This document shows positions 50,687 through 63,910 of a stretch of 64,000 nt of DNA, piece by piece. The notes beneath the pieces were generated by a model. The model worked only from the letters and a program-made list of their open reading frames with translations, ran no database searches and was not told the origin of the DNA. Origin of the DNA: Lytechinus pictus (Eukaryota). A program made the position numbers and the translations under genes. The stretch covers positions 18,292,001-18,356,000 of the forward strand of contig NC_087245.1 in NCBI RefSeq assembly GCF_037042905.1. Direction: 5' to 3'. Numbering within the stretch: position 1 is the stretch's first letter; each line of letters starts with the position of its first letter.

Positions 50687-51491
50687 GGGAGGGCTGGAGG
50701 TAGTATGTATAAGGGCGTTTGTCAAGTTCTTCACTAAATCCTGTTTTATTCCAATGATTTATTTATCTCTCCCTTTCCGAATCCCCATCCCTCATACTTC
50801 GTGAGGCGCAGCCCAGTTTTGCACAGTGTAAATCATAATGTGGAAATTCATTGTGACAGATTTCTATTCTTGTGGATCCAAAAAGGGTAAAGAGGAGCCG
50901 CCTCTATAACGGTAACAATCTCTCCTGATATAGATCTACTTGGAAGAAGCATATACGATACCAATGATATACTGTCCACAGGCAAAGCCAGACTTATCTT
51001 ATAACATAAACAGTTTGCTACTGTTTAACGACATGCACATTTTCATGTGATATTTTGAAATTTTGCTGAAGACAGTATGATGGGAAAATGGACCCCTTGG
51101 ATTTCCCGCCAAGAAGCTGCAGCTGATTCAGAATATCCTCTTTCATGTTCAAGTCCGTTTGACACGTCTTCCTTCCTACGTCACTAACGATTCCTCCATA
51201 GACTACTTAACGTCTGCTTCAGTATCCCATTCAGAAGCGTGATGTCTTCGATGCACCACAGAGACGTTGCTCGATCCAAATTGAATCCCTGGGGTTGATG
51301 CATGCTGGCATCGCCGACATCCAGGGTAGCAGATATATACATTTTTTTAACGGGACTCGCACTGTTAAATAGTGATGTATTCAATAATATATTAGGGGAA
51401 ATGTATCTGTACTGATTAAAATTGGAATTGACCGACCATAGATTATAATGTGCTTTCATTTTAAAGGTCAAACATCCCGCAGAAGTGGGTA

Positions 51492-51733
51492 CACTGCAAC
51501 AACTCTGGTGTTGATTTAACACCAGCCCGGAATCTATACATGTCCACACCAGAGAAGTGTTAAACAACACCAGTTTCGGTTTGGTCTAACACCTGATAGG
51601 TGTTTATACAACACCAATTAGTATCAAAACAGCATCGGTTTGATTCCAAACTTGTGTTGTTTCAATACTTCTCTGGTGTGGACGTATATAGATTCCGGGC
51701 TGGTGTTAAATCAGCACCTGAGTTTTTGCAGTG
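51492..51733. mobile_element. CACT-terminated MITE (EnSpm/CACTA-like)
   Basis: CACTGCAA...TTGCAGTG; ~80-bp inverted arms; TA duplication. Confidence 0.8.
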
Positions 51734-54700
51734 TACGAATCGGCGTAAATATACGCTCTTCAAGAAAAACAAAATACAATACGTATGTGGCGCGTTTTGG
51801 GCGTCAAAACTTCAAAATGAAGACTATTACGCACTCGCATGTTACCAAAGACGTAATCTACTAAACTAAAAAAAGTAATATGTCATAACTAGTAAGCAAT
51901 ATACAGTGCGTCCCACAAAAAAGGAAACCTGTTTTTAGAGATAAATTTCACAACAATTAGATATAATTTTATTATGAATTTGATACTTATGGTAAAGAGT
52001 GGTATCTCATCTTTAATTTGAGACAAACATCATAGCTAATCATTCACGCGTGGCAAGTTACAAACAATAAATATTACGGCCTATCAGAAACGATTTGCGC
52101 AGAAACTGACGTAAGAATCTGAATAGACTCTCATTTCAGGGATCAGTGGGAGAAACAAATCCATACCAAACAAACATAACAACAGGGAAGAATGTAAATC
52201 AGTAATTATCAGTGACTAGAAATTAAGACATGATATATTATTTTTGAACGAATAGATTCTTGATATTCTGGACCTTGAATAAATTTGTTATTTGTATTTT
52301 CCCGTACTTGTTGTGATGTCGTTATGGTTGGATGTAATATTCAAAGCAAAGATTCAAGAAAGCCCTCCTATTAATATTATCATATACCACTCTTATGTGG
52401 CAACATACTTATGTTAGTCGTCGAAATATGCAGTCAAGCCAATTTTCTCAGTCCAGGTTATATTTATGAAACCTGATCATTATAACGTGTTATTTTCCTC
52501 TCAAGCAACAAAACCGAGTTCCTGTCTCACCCTCTGAATGCATTCAATAAGTTCATAATGCAATAAAAAAGCTGTCAATCCATGAGAAAATAATTTTTAA
52601 AAAACCCGAACAAGCTCAACGGGTGAAGTAAAGAACGTTTGGGGAAATTGAGGGAACGTGGTCATAAACCATCGTTTATGTTTTCTCACTAATTTTCACT
52701 CGGGAGAATCATCTCTCATCGTTTAGATATTGATAGGAGTGATATCCCATCATTCCTTTCGACAACCCAAGGATATGGGGTTCAGTGGCAGTTCAGGTAG
52801 CAATTGGGACAATACTTTTCAAAGATGTTTCTCTTTTCCTCAAAACTCCTATTAAATTCTGTTTTCAATTTTGATAAAACTATACGAACTTGACGGAGAA
52901 TATTAGATCCCTATTGTGACTGATATAGTTAATGTTCATGTTCTAATTACGATTTTAAATGGTTCGAAAAGTGGTGGACGTTTTGTAATGTTCTTCCTAG
53001 GCATGACTGTATGACCGCCTGGTCACTTGTCCTTGTAATAGGCGATATACGGCAGGTTATCCGTGTTTAAACATACAGTGGTAGAATTATGGCATATCCT
53101 AAACTTAACATTCAAATTATAAAGATTACAAATGAGAATTTCAACCTACAGGGATCGGAATCTGGCTTGGTATTTTTATTAAATTCCATTCACCAAGCCT
53201 CATCACCTTTCGCTTGAAACTCGCCCATCCGGATGATTACAGGCTATATGGGAAGCAGCGAAACGGTTTCCCATCTGTCGATCGTCATGAACGTGACTTG
53301 ACGACAGATGACAGCAATATGAAATAATTTCGGTCTTTTTGTCACTCTAAATCATTTTTTGGTCATTTTGAGATAAATGACTTTTGAGGTAGATTTCTTA
53401 GACTCAGTTTCAGACTGTGATGTTTCCCTTTTCATTCCTCTAACACTGCCCAATTTCTTCATGTCTCCTAACTAATTAAAAAAAGATGCACTGTGCATTA
53501 TAACCATCCAAATTAATCCATTACAATCGACAGGACGCATGAGGTAAGCCTATGGGACCAAGAAGAGAGAATGTTTACAGAAAAGGACACGAAATTGTAA
53601 ATACATCAGCGGTGCAATCATTCATCGCAGACATTATTAGGAAATAAAAGGGATGAAAGTTTGGGTATTATTGCTACCAGGAAATTGTAGAGTTGAGCTT
53701 AACTGTAATGATGGATGATGACGGAAATGAAGACGTCTAATTTCCTGTGATTTTCGTCTAAATATGAAATAGATATCCTTTGTCGGCGGATACGATTCGA
53801 AAAAAAAATCGTTTATGATCGTTCTGATCCCCCCATTTCGACCTCCGCGTTTCGTCAATTTTTTCCTGTGGTCATGGTGGTAGCATGTTTGAATGGTCGT
53901 CTTAATCGGTTGATTGAGAACAAGAAAATATGGATCAATAAATTATTTGCAAATTCATTTTCGTTTCTGTCATGAAACCTACAATGAAAGTTAATAAAGT
54001 CTGAAAATTATAATTGTATAAATATAAAAAGAAAATACATCAGCAAAAACAATGGACATCAACGAAATCAAATGAAAAATGGCACAGATACTCTCCCTCA
54101 TTATTGCATTAATTTGGTCACAGAGTTTTATTCATTAAGTCCTTTATTGATTTCCGTGTTCAAATATATTATGTAAATATGATAAACAATTAGCAAGTAA
54201 GCTGTTTTAATACAGGCCACATAATACAATAAATAGCATATCGCAATTGATATTCACGTGCAAAAACTAAATAATAGTAAAGATCAGATTAGGAATTTGG
54301 TCCACAAAATTGTGAACCGACTCATATGGATGTTATATGGAAAGGATAACTATCCAAAGAGTTGCTATTCTCCAGTAGCAACTGCGGCAATGTCGGCACG
54401 CTACCTTGCTAGACACCTACACTAACATTAATACATAAAATACAAATTACCATGGTAACATCCGCTTGTGTCCATAAAGTAAATATTAAACCATTTTGAT
54501 GTATCGTAGGTTAAAAAATATTTTTCCCGTTTGAATGATACTCTATCATCAATAATGTAAATACTTGGTTATATCACGAAAACGATAACACTATAATGCA
54601 GGCAAATTTATCCTCACTGTTCCTAAAAGCATGGTAGGTATTCAAGAAGGTGTTAATGAACAAATTATGTCAGTCAATTTTTACATGATTAAAATCTATG

Positions 54701-54983
54701 TTATGGAAAGGGTTGGAGAGGGGACACTTTTGCCACTCCGAGAGTAGCCTCTTGTCGAGGCCCTGTCGGCTGCTTTCTGAGCGAACATGGCGAAGCAAGG
54801 GAGAGAGCGAAGCAGAGCGCCGCAAGACAGGGCCTCTTGACATCTGGGCCGAATTTCACCGACTTTCTTTTGTTATTTTATTGTTTTTACCAATATACCG
54901 ACCAAAAACTGGTCGGTGAAAATCATCCAATGAGAGCGCGGGCTGTTATGACGTCATATTGAATATTCATGAGCTCATCTTGA

Positions 54984-56650
54984 ATGGCGACCCGTGGATT
55001 CTTGGCGAAGAGTGACGACGAAATATCAAAGAGCATTGAATATCAACCGCGTAGCCAGGATTTCATTTTGGAGGGGGCGGTAAATGCACGCGAAGCGTGC
55101 CAACAATTACAGAGCGCGCGAAGCGCGCTCCCTAGGGGGTGGGTGCAGGGAGGGGGAGTTTCCCCCTCCCGTGCTTTTGGTGTTTCATAAATTAAAATGA
55201 AAAGGAGCCGTCTCTCTTGTCTCTAGTACCTATATCAGCTCCAATTCAGTTGACTATATTGTGATTTTGAACCTTGTTTTCAAAAGTGATTGTGAACGCA
55301 CAAAAAAGGAATACAATGGAGGAAATTAAAATGATAATAAACCCGCGCGAAGCGCGGAAGCTAAAGCGTGTTATCATTTGTTTTGCCATGAAAAGGGTCC
55401 CGAGAAAAGGGTATTCTCAAAGATACATTGAATACTTCCCTTGGAAAGATCAGATTTGATTACAATTTAGCGACAGTGCATATCTTTAACTCGCAAAACA
55501 GAGGAGAAGAAGTGTATATGCCGGGAGGAAGATATTCCTCCCCGCGCAGAGCAATGAAACTCTGAAATGTCAAAGGGCGGACGTTTCATCAAATGCAGAT
55601 ATCTCTAATACCCCATCATGCCCATCGGCTCTAATTCAATTGATTTGATAAGATTATTGAACTTCATTACAAGGAAAATAGTGCGCAAAAAGTTGGAACT
55701 TCTGTGATTTATTGAAATTATGTAAAAAAGGATGCCTAATTTCTTTGACTTATCCTGAAGCGCTTCATTTTGAACTATCTCAAGTGTCATTCAAAATTTC
55801 AAACTGAGGGCGCAAAACAGGACAGGAGATGAATGTGCAGGGAAATGACATGAAGTTTAATAGAATTCGATAAAAATATTGTACTTTTATTTAATACGAC
55901 ACGAATTTTATACCTTCCTCTTTTTAAATTAGGAACCTGTTTGCCCCAAAATTATGGTTGTTTAGTAATGAGCTGAAAAGCGGGAAAAGTTGACTTTATG
56001 GAGGTGACGGCAGAAATTGATTTTACCTGCCTGGAGCCGACCCGACCAGAAGTTGCGCGATAAAAAAAAGATAACTTCATATAGTTCGGCCTAATCTTAC
56101 TCAAATTCCATGCCCTAATGTGTACATTTGAACTTGGCAAGAAACACATATAGCTGAGGTGGAAAAACAGGGTTAGAGAAAGGGTGGGGGAAACAATGGA
56201 GAACTTCAATATTGTCATTTAACCGCACGCAGCGCGGAAGCAAAATTCATATATAAATTTAGAGCAAGAGTGAAGGAGTTTCTCTTTTGAGAAAAAAATA
56301 AAGAATAAAAAAAAGCTACCTTTCTTCCCTTTCCTCCCTTTCCTTTTCTCCTCTCTTTTTTCCTTTTTTTTTCTTTTTGGGGACGTTGGGGGGGGGCGAC
56401 CGGCCCCACCGCCCCCCTGGCTACGCGCCTGTTGAATATGCCTCTAAAATGCTGAATATTGACCAATTTAAGGATTTGCAAGTCGATAAAATTAAATCTG
56501 CACTGAAAGGACGAGATGTTTTTGGAAATCTACCCACAGGATATGGAAAAAATATTATCTTTCATGCGATTCCACTATGTGTCGATTATCGTTCTCCGCA
56601 GTGCAGTGAGGGAATGCTGGAGTAGAGTTGTTTCCCCTTGACTCGAGTCT
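54984..56650 (+). pseudogene. RecQ-like SF2 helicase N-terminus of AcademH, interrupted by hAT insertion 55044-56431
   Basis: Removing the insertion and one TSD gives MATRGFLAKSDDEISKSIEYASKMLNIDQFKDLQVDKIKSALKGRDVFGNLPTGYGKNIIFHAIP (Q motif plus Walker A), followed by a frameshifted VVSP (motif Ia). Confidence 0.8.
55044..56431. mobile_element. Non-autonomous hAT-like element, copy 2
   Basis: Ends CAACCGCGTAGCCAGG / CCTGGCTACGCGCCTG; 8-bp TSD TTGAATAT; collinear with 24651-26091. Confidence 0.88.
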
Positions 56651-58583
56651 GACCAGCGGCTGACCAGTATCTCCTGGGAAGTTTCGGGGTGGTGATGGGT
56701 CTTTTACGGCAAGTATGATGGGGTGTCCAAACTTCGCGCACTTTTCAAAAATATTCATCAGGCTTAATTTTGTTTACAAAATATTCATAATTTATACAAA
56801 ACCAATTCTATAAATAGTTACCACATTGACGGCAAGATCGTAAACTATAAAATCACGAACGAAAATGTAAAGTAGGTCAAGGGGTTTCGCCGGTATCGCG
56901 ATCTCAAAATTCTATTCCGATCGGCGAATGCGGGCTGTGCTGGAAAACCGTTCAGAAAAAGTGTGACCTAACTTCGCGCACCAAAGCTTTTGTGGAGATT
57001 TAAACAAAAACTCAAGCTCAAAAAGTGAAATATTTATATCAGATTGATGGCAAAATGCTATGGAATCGGTTAGTACCACATTTAACTCACATTTTTGATG
57101 ATTTCTGCTTGCAAAATGGTGATATCGTGATGCTTGTTGATTTCTTCAAAACGGGCGCTAGCGGTGGCAAATTTGCCGATCTTTTGCCAATATTTTCATG
57201 AATACTGAACTCATCCTAAAGAAATTTTCACTAAAGGGTAATTTTAGGCGAAGTTTGGACTCGCTGCCATACTAGTAGTAGTAGTAGTACCACTGCTTGT
57301 AGCATTTTGCTGGTTATATCCCCTTTAGTGTCCCGCATTTAATTGAATCCCCTGCAGAATAGTGGACTACTATAGTATTCCGAACCCCGGACGAAACAGC
57401 TTTGACATTTCATTGGTTTACTAGGTGACCGGTGATATTACAACTCATGTATATTCATTAGGAAGACGTTCCTCATGAATATATAATTCAGCTCAGGGAA
57501 GCAGCCGCCAGGGCCTCGACAAGAGGCTACTCCGAGAGCAGTTTAAAGTCGAAATGACCCTTGTAGACACATAATGTATTTTTGGGGTGTGTTACACCAC
57601 AAATTGTCACCCCTTACAATTGGGCGACAATTTGTGCCAAAACTGACACCACAAATTGTCACCCCTACACAAATTTTTAAATTTTGAATTTTTTTGAAAA
57701 TATGCTGAACTTCTATCACTCTTATGTCTGCTCTATTTTAAGATCATTTAAGCGCTATGGAATGAGCCATCAATTTCACATAACTGTAACTATAATGACA
57801 CTCATATTCCTAACATGAAATCAGTCTATTATTCAAAGTTGGACGATCCCATTGTTATATCATGTTTCATAAAGATACAAATGATAATATTGCACTAATG
57901 AGAGAATATTGCCTTTTAAAAAAGGGTGAGCCATCTAAAATGATTACCTTTCCCCGATCCAAATACTAAGCGGCTAGCAGACTCTAGTTAGAACGAAAAT
58001 AAGAGTGTGTGTGCGAGGGATGGAACCTAATGAGATTCCGTGCATGAGGTGGGCGCTCTTTCACTGAGCCACCATGACTTGGTTAACAATGCGATCATCA
58101 TGGTGATGATGATAGAGTGTTTTCCTTTCCCCGTGCCGCGAATATTATACCAAAGAAACGCTAATTATAAAGCCAAAATGCTCTCCTTGTTGTTTTGCAG
58201 AATCTAGATCACTAAACGAATATTCAAAAACTTATTCAAAAGATTCTGGGCTTGAATGAATGTTCAGAAATAAAATACGATTACCCTATAGTGAGTATAG
58301 TGCATTGCGATCAAGAAAAATAGCATTGAAAACGTCTAACCAAGGAGCTTCCTCCTTGGTCTAACTACCTACGTGGAAGAAATTATCGTATTGTTAAGCC
58401 TCATTAGTAACCTCCGATGCATTTGATACCTTAGTTTAGAAGTTTGAGGCATACGGTTGACCACTATGTTTATTCATAACATAAGGGATCAAACTTTTAT
58501 TGTGCTGTCAACATGGTCAATAGATTTAATTTTCGGAGAGGATACTTTTGGATAGAAATAGTATTTACGACATTGGAACTTTT

Positions 58584-58976
58584 AGGCCCGACTTCACAAA
58601 GGTAGTTTTGAAAACCCACGGTTGAGTCCATGGTTTATGCAGATTTCCTGTATAAATTACGCTTAAATTAGCGCGTATCGGGCGCGTGTATAAAATGTCC
58701 AATGCGCGCTTTTGTCACAGTGCGCCAAATTGACGCCTGTTGCCGTGGTTATCCACGCTATTTTATTCATGAGTCCACTGTTTTTATTCACGAGTCCACT
58801 CTTCAAACAGTGGACTCTTGAATAAAATAGCGTATCTAACCATGGTAACATGCGTCAATTTGGCGCACTGTGACAAAAGCGCGCATCAGCATTGGACATT
58901 TTTTTATACACGTGCCCGATACGCGCTAAATTAAGCATAATTTATACAGGAAATCTGCATAAACCATGGTCTCAAC
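58584..58976. mobile_element. Palindromic Harbinger-like MITE, right tip lost
   Basis: Long inverted arms ~58620-58750 and ~58845-58976; left end AGGCCCGACTTCACAAAG. Confidence 0.65.
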
Positions 58977-59082
58977 CAACGAACGTAGAGGGCAGCAACA
59001 CACAAGCGTGTTGCTCTAAGGAAGGTCAACTCGATACGCGCATACAGCTGAGCTGCGCGCATATTTTATTGTTCATGCCAAC

Positions 59083-60790
59083 CAACGAACGTAGAGGGCA
59101 GCAACACACATGGCATGGACGGCGAAAAAAAACAACCCACGCATCAGATGCATTGCATTGGCTGCGCGCTGCGCTGCAGCTGCACTGTGATGATGGGTTC
59201 AGCGAAGAGCTCAGAGAAAATAAGGTGGTCATATTCAATCCCGAAATGCTTTGCGAGTGGTCACAAAATCGTCTCGACGCAAATCACCTAATACAGCCGA
59301 TTTGGTAATGATTTTAGTTTCCTGAAACTTATATTTGTAAAGTTTTAAATATCAAAGTATGTTTTTATATGTATGTATATTCCTCAACATATTTTTTAAT
59401 GTTATCTTTGACATTGTTGTAGTCATATTCTTTCATATTCGTTTCTTGATCGCTACTAATTTGTTGTTGTATTGGATCGGCACAACGAACGTAGAGGGCA
59501 GCAACACACAAGCGTGTTGCTATAAGGAAGGTCAACTCGATACGCGCATGCAGCTGAGCTGCGCGCGTATTTTATTGTTCATGCCAACGAAATCAAATGC
59601 CGATCCAATACAACAACAAATTAGTAGCGATCAAAAAACGAATATGACAAAATATGACTACAACAATATCAAAGATAACTTTAAAAATATGTTGAGGAAT
59701 ATACATACATATAAAAACATACTTTGATATTTAAAACTTTACAAATATAAGTTTCAGGAAACTAAAATCATTACAAAATCGGTGATTGTTGTTATCAGCG
59801 ATTTCACCAGACGGCTGTATTAGGTGATTTGCGTCGAGCCGATTTTGTGACCACTCGCAAAGCATCTCGGGATTGAATATAACCACCTTATTTTCTCTGA
59901 GCTCTTCGCTGAACCCATCATCACAGTGCAGCTGCAGCGCAGCGCGCAGCCAATGCAATGCATCCGATGCATGGGTTGTTTTTTCGCCGTCCATGCCATG
60001 GTCTCGGACTCAGAGTTGAAATTTAGACCCGGATTTCGGGGATACAGCGCCTTTATTTCAGATTTATAGACTTAAAAGTCAAATGACATTTAAAATTTGA
60101 AATCTAACCTTGAACAATCATCGTTGATAAACATCAGCCCTGAAGCCATTACACTTCAAATCAGGCCAGGCAAATTAGACGTCATTGTCTAAGTTGCTAG
60201 ATCTATGACGAGTCGCCTGAAGCCCCAGCGCATCATCAACGTCACTAGCTAGCTGCGCGACCGGCCCAGACTCGGCGCACCCAGGCCAGAAAAATGACCT
60301 CGATTATTACGGTGGTTGTCTATGCATTTATTAGTGGTGCAGCGAAATTCAGCAGAAGAAAATAAGAGATATGAGGTATCCTCGTCACAGGCTTAATATT
60401 CCAAAATGAGGAAAAATGTCAAAATCATGATTATTTAAGCTAAATATTTTCTTTAAAAATAAAAGTAATATTTTTAATATTTATACCCAGAATAACCGAT
60501 CTAATAATTGTGCATTAAAAAATATTTGAAATTAACAAATGAAATAAAATCAACTCGACAAATTTCCCAAAACCCCACCTTATTTTTTAAAGTGGTCACA
60601 AAATTCGAGCGGAGTTGACCTTCCTTAGAGCAACACGCTTGTGTGTTGCTGCCCTCTACGTTCGTTGGATCGGCATTTGATTTCGTTGGCATGAACAATA
60701 AAATACGCGCGCAGCTCAGCTGCATGCGCGTATCGAGTTGACCTTCCTTAGAGCAACACGCTTGTGTGTTGCTGCCCTCTACGTTCGTTG
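59083..60790 (-). mobile_element. Same element, middle copy (inverted, internally deleted)
   Basis: 8-bp TSD ATGCCAAC (59075-59082 and 60791-60798); one TIR cut to 28 bp. Confidence 0.85.
59483..60667 (+). mobile_element. Same element, innermost full-length copy
   Basis: 8-bp TSD GATCGGCA (59475-59482 and 60668-60675); nearly identical to 62725-63910. Confidence 0.88.
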
Positions 60791-61507
60791 ATGCCAACGA
60801 AATCAAATGCCGATCCAATACAACAACAAATTAATAGCGATCAAGAAACGAATATGAAAGAATATGACTACAACGATATCAAAGATAACAATAAAAAATA
60901 TGTTGAGGAATATACAACCATATAAAAACATACTTTGATATTTAAAACTTTACAAATATAAGTTTCAGGAAACTAAAATCATTACCAAATCGGTGATTGT
61001 TGTTATCAGCGATTTCACCAGACGGCTGTATTAGGTGATTTGCGCCGAGACGATTTTGTGACCACTCGCAAAGCATTTCGGGATTAAATATAACCACCTT
61101 ATTTTCTTTAAGCTCTTCGCTGAACCCATGCTCTATGCTTAAGCTACATTATGCTCCGTCGTCTGCTTAGATCTCAACCTCTAGTCTAGCACTGGTACTT
61201 GCTAGGCGTCGATCAGCATTTATCTGCAGCCCATAGACCGTGACTAATTTATTTATTAGAACCGGCAGCAATGCCAATGGGTATTAAACAAACTTATTCA
61301 CGTACATCTATCAGTAGTATGTTATTTCTTTTCACCATTTTCCCAAAAACTTATAAATTTGGAAATACATTCCAATCAGTAATAAGTGAAGTCTACATCT
61401 AACTTAGATCTTGATCATGTTGATCGATAGACCCAAAGCTTCAGTCTCTGTATTTTGGTTGTTCTGCTGAACTGCGCTGGCTCACTCTCACCGATGGAGA
61501 TTATAGT

Positions 61508-62560
61508 CAGTGGCGTAACTACGGGGGGGGCACGTGCCCCCCCCCCCCCCCAATCGGCTGGCAAAAAAAAAAAAAAACGGGGAAGAGGAGAAAGGAAGAG
61601 AAACGTAGTGGGAATGAAGAAATTATTGTTCACTATAATGTTATATTATAATTATGTTATGTTATAATATATAAGAAACATTATTTCATTAGTTTATTTT
61701 GCTTAAGCCTAGATGTCTTCATTGTTCCCGGTACTCGCATTGTCTAGCGTTTTTAAGTCAATATACACCAAATATATTTCCTCGCACTTCGACTCATTAT
61801 TGTTTTATGTAGTGACATATGGTTCTTTTTCATGACTACTTAAAGTGATTGCCCCGTTTTAAGGTGTTAATATAAAACATTTCCTGTCCGTGCTTATGTT
61901 CGCACTAGTAGATTGGTGAGATATGTCTGCTCTTCATGAATTCCTAAAAATCAGTCCTTAAAATGTCCCTTTTTCTGATCTGAATATCAAAATTTTTCAG
62001 CTCGCGCCTCGCGCTCGCATCATTTGGTTAGTGAAATACGTATCGTATGGTCTTAGTGAATTCTTACAAACAGGCCTTAGAATGCCTCTCTTCAGGTCTG
62101 AATATCCTAAATTTTCAGCTCGCGCTTCGCACTCGCAATATTTGATGAGTGAGATGCATAGTATCATGATTACAATGACTACAAAAAGTGCTTCATGTGT
62201 TTAGATGTAGCAAAATCAGCAAGCGCTTTGCACTCGCATTAGATGACTATGGTGAGATATGTATACTCTTAATGGATTCCTAAAATATAGTCCTTAACAT
62301 GTCCTTGTTTGGGGTCAATATTTACACAAATTTCAGCTCGCGCTTCGCGCTCGCATTGTTTGTTTAGCGAGACAGGTATGTATCATGATTACAAAAATGT
62401 ACTTATAATGTCCTTTTTTGGTCTGCATATCAAAAATTTTCAGCTCGCGCTTCGCGCTCGCATTATTTGAGCAGTGACATACATATCCGTTTAATGGCAC
62501 TGTCTTTAAAATGTCCCTATTAGGTCAGTATACCTGGCAACTGAGCGCGCTTCGCGCGCT
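61508..62560. mobile_element. hAT-like element arm, inverted homolog of ~20215-20934
   Basis: Starts CAGTGGCGTAACTACGGGG. 61840-62550 is the reverse complement of the segment nested from 20149, with repeated GCTCGCGCTTCGCGC motifs. Confidence 0.75.
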
Positions 62561-62724
62561 CACTAATACCGTGTTTACACTTAATCGGCATTTGGTTCTG
62601 AACCAATTGCCGATGCAGAATCGGCATTTGGATTGCGTTTACACGTTGTTACAGCTCGCGGTTCAGAACCGCGAGCCGATGCAAAAACCTAAAATGATAC
62701 GCATACCTACAATATAGTCATAAT

Positions 62725-63910
62725 CAACGAACGTAGAGGGCAGCAACACACAAGCGTGTTGCTATAAGGAAGGTCAACTCGATACGCGCATGCAGCTGAG
62801 CTGCGCGCGTATTTTATTGTTCATGCCAACGAAATCAAATGCCGATCCAATACAACAACAAATTAGTAGCGATCAAAAAACGAATATGAAAGAATATGAC
62901 TACAACAATATCAAAGATAACTTAAAAAATATGTTGAGGAATATACATACATATAAAAACATACTTTGATATTTAAAACTTTACAAATATAAGTTTCAGG
63001 AAACTAAAATCATTACCAAATCGGTGATTGTTGTTATCAGCGATTTCACCAGACGGCTGTATTAGGTGATTTGCGTCGAGACGATTTTGTGACCTCTCGC
63101 AAAGCATTTCGGGATTGAATATAACCACCTTATTTTCTCTGAGCTCTTCGCTGAACCCATCATCACAGTGCAGCTGCAGCGCAGCGCGCAGCCAATGCAA
63201 TGCATCCGATGCATGGGTTGTTTTTTCGCCGTCCATGCCATGGTCTCGGACTCAGAGTTGAAATTTAGACCCGGATTTCGGGGATACAGTGCCTTTATTT
63301 CAGATTTATAGACTTAAAAGTCAAATGACATTTAAAATTTGAAATCTAACCTTGAACAATCATCGTTGAAAAACATCAGCCCTGAAGCCATTACACTTCA
63401 AATCAGGCCAGGCAAATTAGACGTCATTGTCTAAGTTGCTAGATCTATGACGAGTCGCCTGAAGCCCCAGCGCATATCATCAACGTCACTAGCTAGCTGC
63501 GCGACCGGCCCAGACTCGGCGCACCCAGGCCAGAAAAATGACCTCGATTATTACGGTGGTTGTCTATGCATTTATTAGTGGTGCAGCGAAATTCAGCAGA
63601 AGAAAATAAGAGATATGAGGTATCCTCGTCATAGACTTAATATTCCAAAATGAGGAAAAATGTCAAAATCATGATTATTTAAGCTAAATATTTTCTTTAA
63701 AAATAAAAGTAATATTTTTAATATTTATACCCAGAATAACCGATCTAATAATTGTTCATTAAAAAATATTTGAAATTAACAAATGAAAAAAAATCAACTC
63801 GACAAATTTCCCAAAACCCCACCTTATTTTTTAAATGGTCACAAAATTCGAGCGGAGTTGACCTTCCTTAGAGCAACACGCTTGTGTGTTGCTGCCCTCT
63901 ACGTTCGTTG
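62725..63910 (+). mobile_element. 1.19 kb non-autonomous TIR element (P-element-like), stand-alone copy
   Basis: 56-bp TIRs starting CAACGAACGTAGAGGGCAGC with 1 mismatch; 8-bp TSD GTCATAAT. Superfamily inferred from CA ends and the 8-bp TSD. Confidence 0.85.

Larger units (their letters stand above)
54745..57529 (+). mobile_element. AcademH DNA transposon, non-autonomous deletion derivative
   Basis: TIRs TAGCCTCTTGTCGAGGCCCTG...CAGGGCCTCGACAAGAGGCTA. 9-bp TSD CTCCGAGAG (54736-54744 and 57530-57538). RecQ-like helicase fragment inside. Confidence 0.85.
58977..61129 (+). mobile_element. Same element, outer copy (right end missing)
   Basis: TIR at 58977; sequence resumes after the TSD at 60799 and stops at ~61129. 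Confidence 0.8.

Noticed and set aside
56500..56625. Cellular RecQ gene exon
   Set aside because: Lies between Academ-type TIRs, is interrupted by an insertion, and is truncated.
59731..59994. Repeated MDGEKTTH ORF as a gene or transposase
   Set aside because: Repetition reflects near-identical transposon copies; no THAP or DDE motif is recognisable.
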